From an uncultured Planctomycetia bacterium (GTDB lineage: Bacteria > Omnitrophota > Gorgyraeia > B26-G9), in NCBI GenBank assembly GCA_964437495.1, contig CAYTGV010000012.1, positions 1 to 63,111 of the forward strand: a DNA stretch of 63,111 nt, in the 5' to 3' direction. The notes under the pieces are model-generated. The model was not told where the DNA came from. It ran no database searches and worked only from the letters and a program-made list of their open reading frames with translations. Below are positions 9,559 through 19,222 of this stretch, in pieces (positions within the stretch are counted from its first letter, which is position 1; each line of letters begins with the position of its first letter). A program made the position numbers and the translations under genes.

Positions 9559-10806
9559 GATTTTTTTTGCAATTAAAACAGGCACCTTTGCTTCAACGTA
9601 AACACCATCGCCAGTATAATCACACTGCAAAACTCTACCCTGTTCATGAAGAGTATTAAGCAGGTTTATTCTACTGTGTTTGAGAAATATTTTTATTAGC
9701 GTAGTAGTGCTGATAAGATTTTGTTCAATACATTCGATCATCTCCGCCATATTGATTTTGTGCTTAGCCGATATGGCCACCGAATTAGAAAACTTCCTTT
9801 TAAAACGCTCGATTATCCTTTTGCCTACAGCTTCATCAGCCCCTTTAAAATTATCGATCTTATTAAGCGCATAGATAATCGGCTTATCTTGAGCACCCAA
9901 TTCACTCAGAACCTGCCAAATGGCGTCATGATGCTGAACGATAAGATCACTTGAGGCATCGAGGACAACAAGCAGCAGGTCTGCCTCCTTTATCTCTTCA
10001 AGCGTTGCCTTAAAGGCATCAATCAAATGATGCGGAAGCTTATTCAAAAACCCCACAGTGTCCGAGATTAGAACTTTCAGATTATTAGTAGGCAGGGTCA
10101 CTCTCTTTACCAGGGGATCAAGAGTTGAAAACATCTCGTTTTTTGTTTTTGCCTGAGCGCTGCTGAGGGCATTAAGCAAAGTAGATTTCCCGGCATTAGT
10201 ATAGCCAACAAGAACAACAGTAGAAATGGCCTTTTCCGTCCGGCGCTTTCTCAAATGCACTCTACGAATTTCAAGCGTCTTAATATCCCTTTTAAGCAAA
10301 TCAATGCGTTTTCTTACTCTTCGCCTGTCAATTTCAAGCTTTTGCTCTCCAGGCCCACGCGTTCCGATACCGCCTCCCAGGCGGGAAAGCGCTATGCCTT
10401 TGCCCATAAGTCTGGGCAACAGATACTGTAACTGAGCAAGCTCAACCTGAATTTTCCCCTCTTGAGTTTTCGCATGTCTGGCAAATATATCCAGAATCAA
10501 CTGAGTACGATCAATCGTCTTACACCCGAGAGCATCCTCAACATTCTTTTGCTGTGTAGGGCTAAGATCATTATTAAAGATTATCGTATCGGCCTTAGTC
10601 TCTTTAGTAAGTTCAGCTAATTCTGCAAGCTTACCAGAGCCTAAATACAAAGACGGGGTAGGATAATGCCGATTGCATTTTATCTCTCCGACTATCTTTC
10701 CCTTAACGGTTTGTACAAGTAATTTAAGCTCTTCGCTTAAACTATCTAATGACCAATCACGGGAGGAATCTTTTAATTTTACTGTTACAGTAATTACTTT
10801 TTCCAT
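9544..10806 (-). CDS. hflX: GTPase HflX
   Basis: 420 aa; HflX N-domain followed by G-domain motifs GYTNAGKST, DTVGF and NKID. Confidence 0.95.
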   Translation of the reverse strand: MEKVITVTVKLKDSSRDWSLDSLSEELKLLVQTVKGKIVGEIKCNRHYPTPSLYLGSGKLAELAELTKETKADTIIFNNDLSPTQQKNVEDALGCKTIDRTQLILDIFARHAKTQEGKIQVELAQLQYLLPRLMGKGIALSRLGGGIGTRGPGEQKLEIDRRRVRKRIDLLKRDIKTLEIRRVHLRKRRTEKAISTVVLVGYTNAGKSTLLNALSSAQAKTKNEMFSTLDPLVKRVTLPTNNLKVLISDTVGFLNKLPHHLIDAFKATLEEIKEADLLLVVLDASSDLIVQHHDAIWQVLSELGAQDKPIIYALNKIDNFKGADEAVGKRIIERFKRKFSNSVAISAKHKINMAEMIECIEQNLISTTTLIKIFLKHSRINLLNTLHEQGRVLQCDYTGDGVYVEAKVPVLIAKKILTEI

Positions 10807-10968
10807 AGAAAAGTCATTATAATACAGAAATAGAAATTGCTACAGAGAAATTAAAAATTTTAAAAAAGATATTCTTAGTTTGCTTGCTCTCTCAAATTGC
10901 ACTCTCATGCAAATAATGCATAAATTGCAAGTCAAGCTGCTTTGTTGTTAGGTGGACTATTCTGCAGT

Positions 10969-11643
10969 TTAAAAAATCAGCCCACAAAATACTTGTTTTT
11001 TTTGAGCAGCCGTAGTTGTGATTTGCATGAATTCTTTATGTGAAGAGACATGGATACCCCTCATTCCCAGGCTTAATGCCGGCTTGATATCTTTTTCATA
11101 ACTGTCTCCAATGGAAACACATTGCTCAGCCAATACAGACAATCGCCGACTTACATATTCAAAAACACTGGTACTCGGCTTACGAGCGTTTGTTTTAAAA
11201 ATCCTAAAATATTTTCTATAATCTTTAATTCCCAGTGCATGAAGAATCTGCTTTGCCTGATGATCCGTGTTATTTGATACTAAAACAAGCATATATTTAC
11301 CGGCAAGAAACTCCAGTGTATTTATCAATTGAGGATTCTCAGATAAATATTCCTTTGGATTAATCTGCGTATCTTTAAATTTCGCCCAGTCTTTAATGCT
11401 AACCCTGTAATCCACTGCTATGCGCTCAATCATTTCAGTATATGTAGGCTTACGTAAATACACAATTTGGAATTCATCTGTTATTTTTTGCTTTTCTTCT
11501 TCAAGCAAAGCAGCAGCTTGTACCTGAGATATCCCTAATTTTACTTTTAATTTAGAAATAACAAATTTATGCCATTTCTTCAAAATGACCTGTCTCATCG
11601 CATCACTTTCATATAATGTGTCGTCCATATCAAAGATCAACAC
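10969..11643 (-). CDS. HAD-superfamily hydrolase
   Basis: LIFDMDDTLY (DxDxT), VSNN, GDSYEKDI HAD motifs; GTG start. Confidence 0.8.
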   Translation of the reverse strand: MLIFDMDDTLYESDAMRQVILKKWHKFVISKLKVKLGISQVQAAALLEEEKQKITDEFQIVYLRKPTYTEMIERIAVDYRVSIKDWAKFKDTQINPKEYLSENPQLINTLEFLAGKYMLVLVSNNTDHQAKQILHALGIKDYRKYFRIFKTNARKPSTSVFEYVSRRLSVLAEQCVSIGDSYEKDIKPALSLGMRGIHVSSHKEFMQITTTAAQKKQVFCGLIF

Positions 11644-11724
11644 TTTAATGCCTTGTGTACTTTCGAGATTTTGCCATAGAAATTCAGGATCAGCCTGAGT
11701 AGTTACTGGAGGAAATTTAAGGTT

Positions 11725-11928
11725 TTAAAGTGCTTCTTTTAAATGTACTTGGTTGATAGCTAATTTAGGGGCAAGTTTGCAACCGATTACAATCTTATTA
11801 GAATAATCATATTGATTCCTAGTACTGATTGGAACCTCAGAGGCTTCCGCACAGAAACTGCCCTGCAAAAACACATAAATCAACAGTAAAACAGAGATAT
11901 CATAAAATAGATTATTTTTTATAGTCAT
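11725..11928 (-). CDS. Hypothetical small secreted protein
   Basis: 67 aa ORF in the common gene orientation with a hydrophobic N-terminal signal-like segment; no recognisable family. Confidence 0.4.
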   Translation of the reverse strand: MTIKNNLFYDISVLLLIYVFLQGSFCAEASEVPISTRNQYDYSNKIVIGCKLAPKLAINQVHLKEAL

Positions 11929-12110
11929 TTTATCCCTATGAAATTAAAGCCCTATAATTTATTAGAACTAAAGCAAATAAAAACTTTAAAGCATACCATC
12001 TGTTTTAAATTTTTGCCAGGTAATATAGAAAAATATACTACGCCAGCTTATTTATTTAAAATATTTTAAAAAGTAGTTTATTAATATTGCGAAGAAAGTC
12101 TTGAACAGTA

Positions 12111-12251
12111 TCATATTCCCTTGGCAAGAATAAGTATCAGGAAATATACAAGATAGGAAATTATTGCTAGAAATATTACTTTACTGAGTGCCACTTTTTT
12201 TATGTAAAAGCTTTTTAATTTTAGCTCTGTTGTAAACCTAGGCATGCGCAT
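12111..12251 (-). CDS. Candidate 46-aa single-TM small protein (below the ORF-track cutoff)
   Basis: GAGGAG (12259-12264 rc) lies 7 nt before ATG at 12251. Translation: MRMPRFTTELKLKSFYIKKVALSKVIFLAIISYLVYFLILILAKGI, stop TGA at 12111-12113. Confidence 0.35.
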   Translation of the reverse strand: MRMPRFTTELKLKSFYIKKVALSKVIFLAIISYLVYFLILILAKGI

Positions 12252-12362
12252 AAATAGTCTCCTCAAACAATAAGATATTACATACTTTTTAAAACTGTTA
12301 AATTATACCATACCTTTTTTAAATTTACAAGCTAAGCCAGGCAAATTATTCTAAAAATATCA

Positions 12363-13868
12363 TTATTGTAAGTACATGCTTCTATTAGAGTTAAATGTAA
12401 TAATGGACAATTTTTTTAAAATATTCTCTGTTAACTGGTCATTGGCTAACCTCCATTGCCAATTGTTCTGGGCAATTCCCGGCATATTCATCCTGTTGTC
12501 CTGCCCTAGCCCAAGAATGTCCTGCACAGGAAATAATACTGTATTTGCCTTTGAGCTCATCAAAAGTCCAATCAGTTCCCATCCTAGGTCATCAATAGAT
12601 ACTTCCTTGCCTAAATAGTTAAATAATTTCTCCTTATCCTCTGGCTTAAGCTCATTTTCAAACCAGCCACGCACAGTATTGTTATCATGCGTCCCTGTAT
12701 ATGCAACACAGTTTTGGTTATAATTATGCGGCAGATAAGGATGCTTTTTCAGATCTTCGTAAAAGGCAAAAAGCAGGATTTTCATACCGGCAAAACCAAA
12801 ATGCTTAATGGTATCCCGAACCTCATCAGTTATAATTCCCAGATCTTCAGCAATTATCGGCAAGTCAGGATACTCACTTAATAATGTATTGAAAAAATCA
12901 ATTGCCGGCGCTTTTTCCCATGCTCCTTTAATTGCTGTTTCCTCTCCGGCCGGAACCTGCCAGAAATCAACAAATCCGCGGAAATGATCGATCCGAACCT
13001 TATCAAAAATTCTTAGATTATGCTCAACTCTCTGCATCCACCATTTATAGCCATTTTTAGCCATAACTTCCCAGTCGTAAACAGGATTTCCCCATAGCTG
13101 TCCGGTCTGACTAAAATAATCCGGCGGAACACCAGCAAGATATCTTAGATTCATGTCTGCATCTAACTTGAATATCGCCGGGTTAGTCCAAACATCTACA
13201 CTATCATAAGTCACATAAATCGGAATATCTCCGATTATCTGAATACCTGAATCATTAGCATATTTTTTTAAAGTCTCCCATTGGCGGAAAAATAAATACT
13301 GAAGAAATTTTTCCTTAATTATTTCATCTGCATTTTTCTCTTTTAATTTAATGATTGCCTCAGGCACCCTATCTCTTATTCCTTTCGACCATTTTGTCCA
13401 AAGAGCACCATTAAAAACTCTCTTAAAAACTATGAACTGAGCATAATCTTCAAGCCATGAATTATTGTCTTTACAAAACAAATCAAAGCCTGTCTTATCA
13501 GTTAATTTAAATGTATCATATGCAATATTAAAAATTTTCGTCTTTGCCTCATATACCCTTGAATAATCCACTCTCTTTGCGCAAATCCCAGAGAACACTT
13601 CAAGATCACTTTTTTTGATAAGCCCATCTTCAAGCATCAGCTGCGGGCTGATAAAAAAAACATTTGACGCAAAAGCAGAAACGCTGCTGTAGGGCGAGTT
13701 ACCTGAGATCGAATTTGTCGGATTCAAAGGTAAGACCTGCCAGTAACTCTGTTTAGCCAATTTAAGCATATCAATAAATCTGTAAGCTGTTGGCCCCAGA
13801 TCGCCGATCCCAAAATCAGACCATAGAGAACTTATATGTAATAATAAACCGCTGCCCCTATTCCCCAT
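12363..13868 (-). CDS. malQ: 4-alpha-glucanotransferase (amylomaltase, GH77)
   Basis: 501 aa; GIGDLG, RIDHFRGF, IAEDLG, YTGTHDN GH77 signatures. Confidence 0.95.
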   Translation of the reverse strand: MGNRGSGLLLHISSLWSDFGIGDLGPTAYRFIDMLKLAKQSYWQVLPLNPTNSISGNSPYSSVSAFASNVFFISPQLMLEDGLIKKSDLEVFSGICAKRVDYSRVYEAKTKIFNIAYDTFKLTDKTGFDLFCKDNNSWLEDYAQFIVFKRVFNGALWTKWSKGIRDRVPEAIIKLKEKNADEIIKEKFLQYLFFRQWETLKKYANDSGIQIIGDIPIYVTYDSVDVWTNPAIFKLDADMNLRYLAGVPPDYFSQTGQLWGNPVYDWEVMAKNGYKWWMQRVEHNLRIFDKVRIDHFRGFVDFWQVPAGEETAIKGAWEKAPAIDFFNTLLSEYPDLPIIAEDLGIITDEVRDTIKHFGFAGMKILLFAFYEDLKKHPYLPHNYNQNCVAYTGTHDNNTVRGWFENELKPEDKEKLFNYLGKEVSIDDLGWELIGLLMSSKANTVLFPVQDILGLGQDNRMNMPGIAQNNWQWRLANDQLTENILKKLSIITFNSNRSMYLQ

Positions 13869-14015
13869 TTTCTCTCTCCTGGTATAATCCTGTGATTACA
13901 CCTGATTTAATAGATTATTAAAAATTACAAAGATTACTTTATGTTAGAAATCGCTGTGATCAAGCTTTTAATCTCTGAAATCAAGACATCCTCATGCTTT
14001 CCAGTTATGGGATGT

Positions 14016-16796
14016 CTAATTATTAATTAATAAAGCCGCTGGGAATGATTTCATGATACTGCCAAGTGACAATGTCCTATTCCCGTTAATCTTTTCCTGG
14101 GTTATTGAATTTACAAAATAAAAGTCACTGTCATTGGGCAAAGAAATATATGTATCATCCCAAATCTGCCCTAATGGATTTTCTCCCTCTTTAATAAATA
14201 GGCTTAAAAATCTGGGAACTACGATTATCGCCCACTGCTCATTAAACCTGCGCGCAAAGACAATAATATTATCTCTATATTTGCCTCCAGCCTCAAGTGC
14301 CTGATAACTCCCCAGTTGAAAAAGATCCCGATACGCCGCCCTTGTTTGCAGAGAGCGGTATATCAAAAAAAGCTTGATCCTTCCATCTTCTTTAGATCCC
14401 ATAAGCTCTGTGATCAGCTCAGGCATATTTGCCTGTTCTTGAGCCTTAATATATTCAAGCACTCTATTGCGGCTTAAAAAATCGACCTCCCTGCGATTAT
14501 CCGGATCAACAAGACTAAAATTCCAGAATTCACTTCCCTGATAAAAATCCGGCACACCGGGTACCGTGATCTTCAGCAAGGTCTGTGCAAGAGAATTAAA
14601 CATGCCAAAATAAGCAGCTTTTCTTGCAAAAGGCATAAAGCTATCAAGAAAGACACCTGGATTCTGAAAATTAAGTATCTTTTTCATGAAATCAAAATAT
14701 GCTTTTTCATAAACAGCGTCCGGCTTAAGCCATGCAGTATGGACCTTTGCCTCACGCACTGCTTTTATCAAATAATTTTCCATACGCTTTAGAAATGACC
14801 CATAATCCCCTCCGTCAAACGGAAGCGCTCCCAGAAGGGTTTGATATAGAAAATATTCATCATTTTTATCTGGAGCAAGTAAAGAACTCACCAGGGTTTT
14901 GTGCGCTTTATTTATTTTATGCCAGTGCTTTATATTCTGCTCCCAAAGATTAGGTATCTCAGAAAGAATATTAAGACGCGCTCTAATATCAGCGCTTCTT
15001 TTTGTGTCATGTGTGTTCAAGGCATTCAATGCCTGCGGCCAAAACTTTGCTTTCTGTTTGTTATAATTATGGAATTCTTTTATAAATGCCCCGAATTTAA
15101 CCGGATATCCGCCTACCTCATTTAGAGATAACAGTCTATTATAAACATAAAAAATAGTGTCCTCTACACCCTTGGCCATAAGCGGACCACTTACCTGCTG
15201 AAAACGCATTACAAATTCTAAGAGCTTCTCTTTGCCTACTTCAGGATAAACATGTTCGGTTTCCATCAAAAGAAACCTCTCAATAAAATTCAATTCATAA
15301 AAAAGCCCCGGGCTAGTAAATTTTGCTCTTTTTATCACATTATTAATAATTTCCTTATCCTCTTGCCGGAAATAAGCCGCGCTCAAATATGTCCTATACA
15401 CAGGAAAAAGAGCCAGGATTTCTACCAATGCCCGCTTTAATCCATAAAGAGTAATATCTGTTCCATACCGACTCTCAGAAGATGCCTTTTTGATAAAAAG
15501 AGCAAGGTTATCGATATTTCCCGCCATATGCTTTCCAATAATCAGCCTTTTTTTCTGGGCAAGAAGCTCATCATATGGAATTTTTATTCCGCTAAATTTG
15601 GCATAAATACGGTTGAACTTCCTTTGGTTTTTTCTCAGACAAAAAATCCCGTTCGCATTATTAAGAAAATCATAACCTGTTGTCCCTTGCACCGGCCAAA
15701 AACTAAAAAGTTTTTCTTTTTCTGTAAGAATTTTTTCAACAACTATATATGCATGGGGGGCCCTCAACCGCAATCTTTCTAAATACTGCATAGGGTCATA
15801 TAAACCATCAATATGATCGACCCTTAGTCCTGATATTTTTTCTTCATCTACAAGCTTAAGTATAAATCGATGCGTATATTCAAATACCTTCTCATCCTCT
15901 ATCCGTAAACATATAAGCTCATTAATATTAAAAAATCTACGGTAATTAATCTCCTCTGCAGCAACCTTCCAAAAAGAAAGCCTAAACATCTGATTAGACA
16001 ATAAGCCATCAAGCAGATTAAAGCTTGCCGCATTGTCTTTTTTTCCGTTAAAAACTAGAATAGCTTCATCAACTGATTCTTTAATCTCCGAGGACTTTGC
16101 ATATAATTGCCAAAACCCTTTTTTTATCAAATTAAATTTTTCACTGCTACTTTCTGAATTATCCAATTCCCTTAGGCTTAAAATCAGTTCATTGAGTTTT
16201 AAAATATCCGCATGACCAGTCCCGAGCTTTTCTTCAAGCGCCACCTGATTATGAGAGAAAATCTTTGCATAGGTCTTAAGATGCAGGGCAAACCAATGAG
16301 AATAATAATTAACACCCAGCCCTCTTTCTTCGTAGCTTAGCTGCAGTTCTTGAGATTCAAGCGCCTCTGCATAAAATTTACCTAAAAATGGAGCAAGCAA
16401 TCGACCATGCATACTTTCATAAGGATGCAACCAATTAATATCAAAGAAATTACAAAAAGAAGAGGCTGCTCCTTTTTCCAGCACATCGAGAAGTATTTTG
16501 TTTTGACCGCTAAAAGACATATGGTTGGGAACAATGTCCTGTATCCAGGAAATGCCGTTTAGCTTTGCCTGCTGGATCAGATCATTAAAATCATCCTCTG
16601 TCCCCAGCTCAGGATTGAACTGATTCGGATCAACGATATCATAGCCATGCAGGCTGCCTTTTCTTGCTTTAAAAATCGGCGACGCATATATATCGGATAT
16701 GCCTAGGCTTTTGAGATAGGGCAGAATTAATTCGGCATCCTTAAATTTAAATAAGGGATTAAACTGAATCCTGTAGGAGGATTGAGGCGCATGCAT
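14016..16796 (-). CDS. treY: Malto-oligosyltrehalose synthase
   Basis: 926 aa; N-terminal SYRIQF...LGISDIYASPI, GLRVDHIDGL, and length typical of TreY. Its ATG overlaps the GH57 stop (TAATG). Confidence 0.93.
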   Translation of the reverse strand: MHAPQSSYRIQFNPLFKFKDAELILPYLKSLGISDIYASPIFKARKGSLHGYDIVDPNQFNPELGTEDDFNDLIQQAKLNGISWIQDIVPNHMSFSGQNKILLDVLEKGAASSFCNFFDINWLHPYESMHGRLLAPFLGKFYAEALESQELQLSYEERGLGVNYYSHWFALHLKTYAKIFSHNQVALEEKLGTGHADILKLNELILSLRELDNSESSSEKFNLIKKGFWQLYAKSSEIKESVDEAILVFNGKKDNAASFNLLDGLLSNQMFRLSFWKVAAEEINYRRFFNINELICLRIEDEKVFEYTHRFILKLVDEEKISGLRVDHIDGLYDPMQYLERLRLRAPHAYIVVEKILTEKEKLFSFWPVQGTTGYDFLNNANGIFCLRKNQRKFNRIYAKFSGIKIPYDELLAQKKRLIIGKHMAGNIDNLALFIKKASSESRYGTDITLYGLKRALVEILALFPVYRTYLSAAYFRQEDKEIINNVIKRAKFTSPGLFYELNFIERFLLMETEHVYPEVGKEKLLEFVMRFQQVSGPLMAKGVEDTIFYVYNRLLSLNEVGGYPVKFGAFIKEFHNYNKQKAKFWPQALNALNTHDTKRSADIRARLNILSEIPNLWEQNIKHWHKINKAHKTLVSSLLAPDKNDEYFLYQTLLGALPFDGGDYGSFLKRMENYLIKAVREAKVHTAWLKPDAVYEKAYFDFMKKILNFQNPGVFLDSFMPFARKAAYFGMFNSLAQTLLKITVPGVPDFYQGSEFWNFSLVDPDNRREVDFLSRNRVLEYIKAQEQANMPELITELMGSKEDGRIKLFLIYRSLQTRAAYRDLFQLGSYQALEAGGKYRDNIIVFARRFNEQWAIIVVPRFLSLFIKEGENPLGQIWDDTYISLPNDSDFYFVNSITQEKINGNRTLSLGSIMKSFPAALLINN

Positions 16797-19222
16797 TACT
16801 TACTCCTTACAAAAAGATATCCACCCAGGCACTTAAAGCTATTCACCCATTTTTTAGCGAGTTTATCTTCCTGTTTTGCTTTTCCTTTCATAATATCATA
16901 TAGTTCTCTTTTGACAGAAAAATATATATTTTGCGCCTCCCATATGCGCATTTGCAGCCCTAAGGGACGTAGTACTTTAAAAAGATTTTCCATCCTCTTT
17001 ATAAGAGACGTATTCTCTGGATCCTCCTTAAATTGGGACATCAATCGGCCTATTTTTCTGCTGGCAACATAACCCAAAGTTGCTTTATCAATATTTAATG
17101 ACCATTTTTTACTTTGCTTAACCAAGGCAACTATACGTTTGATATCAATATTTTCTTCTCCCAGTACTTTTTTTAAGTCAGTATTAAACATAAAGGTACT
17201 CGTGCTTAATAAAACCTGCGGAATCGGAATGTTTATCTGCTTCATCGCCTGCATAATCGGATAATGGTGTTCATTGATTAACCGAAAGGAGGTCTCAATT
17301 TCTTCTAATGTAACAGCAAGCATTTGCTGTAAAATCCTTCTTTGTTCATCTCTAAAAACATGCCATAAAGAAATAGCGTGTCCGTTGCAATATTTATCCA
17401 GCAACGAAATCACTGAGGATACATCACTTTTGCCAAAAGCCTCTCTTGCTTCTATGCACATTTTAATAAATATTTCATCATTTAAAGCAGCCGTTACACC
17501 GCCAAAGATTATATAATCGCCTAAATGCAGAACAGCATAACTAAAATTTTCCTGTTCAAGCGTGATTATAGATCGGATCATAACAGTTCCCGCGACAAAC
17601 TGCTGTTTACCTGCCTCGAGATGCTCATGAGCACTGCGTTTTATTTCATAATTATAGATATTTTCCTGCAAATCATAATTATTAAAAAGAGAAGACACCG
17701 CATAATGCGCAGCTACTCTTTCTAAACCAAGCATAGTAGTTTTTACAAATTTCTCATAAAGCTTTGCCGCATTTTCATGTTCTTTGATATTACTTTTTGC
17801 ACTCTTTAAAATATTCAAATAATCCGGTTCTAAATCAAGACCGCTTACTTCTCTAGCCAACTGTATAGCCTTTGCCGCATACTGAATAACCTGCATTGAT
17901 TCCAGCCCCGAAATCTCATCAAAAAACCATCCACAGCTTGTATACATGAACATCGCGTGACGCTGCATTTCAAGCAGTTTTAAGACACTCGTTATCTCCT
18001 CTTCATTTAATGTTCTCAACGCATGCTCTGCAAAAAATTCATGGAGATTTTTCGGACTGCGGTTCAAAATAATATTAATATAATCGTTGCGCGCATCCCA
18101 GACATCATCCAGATATTTACTCATCTGCTCTTCATAAATACCTGCAAGGCTATCCCTCAACCAATCCATGGCTTTGCGCAAACCCACACGCCATGATTGG
18201 TTCCAGGATGGATTCGCCCCTATATTACATCCGCAATTGCTCTTCCACCGCTCAACACCATGAAAACAACTCCAAGAAGAATTTTCAATTATTTGAACTT
18301 CATGGACAGGAGGAAATTTTTCAAGAAATTCTCCGTATATCGTTATCTTGGCTCGGGCTTTTTCTACGATCTGGTTGAGCCCGTAAGACAAGGCCATTTC
18401 ACCATAAGCATGATGATGCCCATAGGTTTCTCCGTCAGTAGCAATATTTACCAATTGCGGTTGTTCCTTATTATCAGCAAAAGTCCCAATCAGCCGGTTA
18501 GCAAAATTTTCACCATTATCCAGCAGCCCGCCAAAAGCAATATCCTGCGATACCGGTCCGTCATAAAAGAAAATACTTATACTCTTACCGGAAGGCAGAG
18601 GACATTTATAAGCCAGCTTTGGATCAATCTTACCGCCTGAGACATCAAGCCATTGTGCACTTTCTATCTTTTTTACTTTATAGGCCTGGGAAGGCGAGAG
18701 TATCGTGAATTTTATCTCATTCTCAGCCATGACCTCAAGTGTTTCCAGGTCAACAGCTGTCTCTGCAAGCCACATTCCCTCAGGTTTGCGATTAAATCTG
18801 CTTTGGAAATCTTTTATACCCCACTTGATTTGAGTCTGTTTATCTCTTTTATTAGCCAGAGGCATAATCATATGGTTATAAACCTGGGCAATAGCAGAGC
18901 CGTGTCCGGAAAATTTTTCCATGCTCTCCTGATCAGCCTTGATTATCTTTTCGTAATTTTCCAGGTTTTTGCGCTGCATCCAGGAAAGTAGTGTCGGCCC
19001 GAAATTAAAACTTATCTTCGAGTAATTATTAATAATATCAATTATTTTATTCTCTGCATCAAGAATACGCGAAGCCCCGTTCGGCGCATAGCATTCCAGA
19101 GTAATTCTTTCATTCCAATCATGATAAGGATACGCCGAATCCTGAATTTCTACCTCTTCTAACCAGGGATTTTCCCTAGGCGGCTGATAAAAATGTCCAT
19201 GCACACATAAATATCGGTTCAC
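16796..19222 (-). CDS. GH57-family alpha-glucan-active enzyme with a long C-terminal (DUF3536-like) extension
   Basis: 808 aa; HGHFYQPPRENPW, TDGETYGHHH GH57 catalytic-region motifs; overlaps treZ (ATGA) and treY (TAATG). Confidence 0.88.
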   Translation of the reverse strand: MNRYLCVHGHFYQPPRENPWLEEVEIQDSAYPYHDWNERITLECYAPNGASRILDAENKIIDIINNYSKISFNFGPTLLSWMQRKNLENYEKIIKADQESMEKFSGHGSAIAQVYNHMIMPLANKRDKQTQIKWGIKDFQSRFNRKPEGMWLAETAVDLETLEVMAENEIKFTILSPSQAYKVKKIESAQWLDVSGGKIDPKLAYKCPLPSGKSISIFFYDGPVSQDIAFGGLLDNGENFANRLIGTFADNKEQPQLVNIATDGETYGHHHAYGEMALSYGLNQIVEKARAKITIYGEFLEKFPPVHEVQIIENSSWSCFHGVERWKSNCGCNIGANPSWNQSWRVGLRKAMDWLRDSLAGIYEEQMSKYLDDVWDARNDYINIILNRSPKNLHEFFAEHALRTLNEEEITSVLKLLEMQRHAMFMYTSCGWFFDEISGLESMQVIQYAAKAIQLAREVSGLDLEPDYLNILKSAKSNIKEHENAAKLYEKFVKTTMLGLERVAAHYAVSSLFNNYDLQENIYNYEIKRSAHEHLEAGKQQFVAGTVMIRSIITLEQENFSYAVLHLGDYIIFGGVTAALNDEIFIKMCIEAREAFGKSDVSSVISLLDKYCNGHAISLWHVFRDEQRRILQQMLAVTLEEIETSFRLINEHHYPIMQAMKQINIPIPQVLLSTSTFMFNTDLKKVLGEENIDIKRIVALVKQSKKWSLNIDKATLGYVASRKIGRLMSQFKEDPENTSLIKRMENLFKVLRPLGLQMRIWEAQNIYFSVKRELYDIMKGKAKQEDKLAKKWVNSFKCLGGYLFVRSK

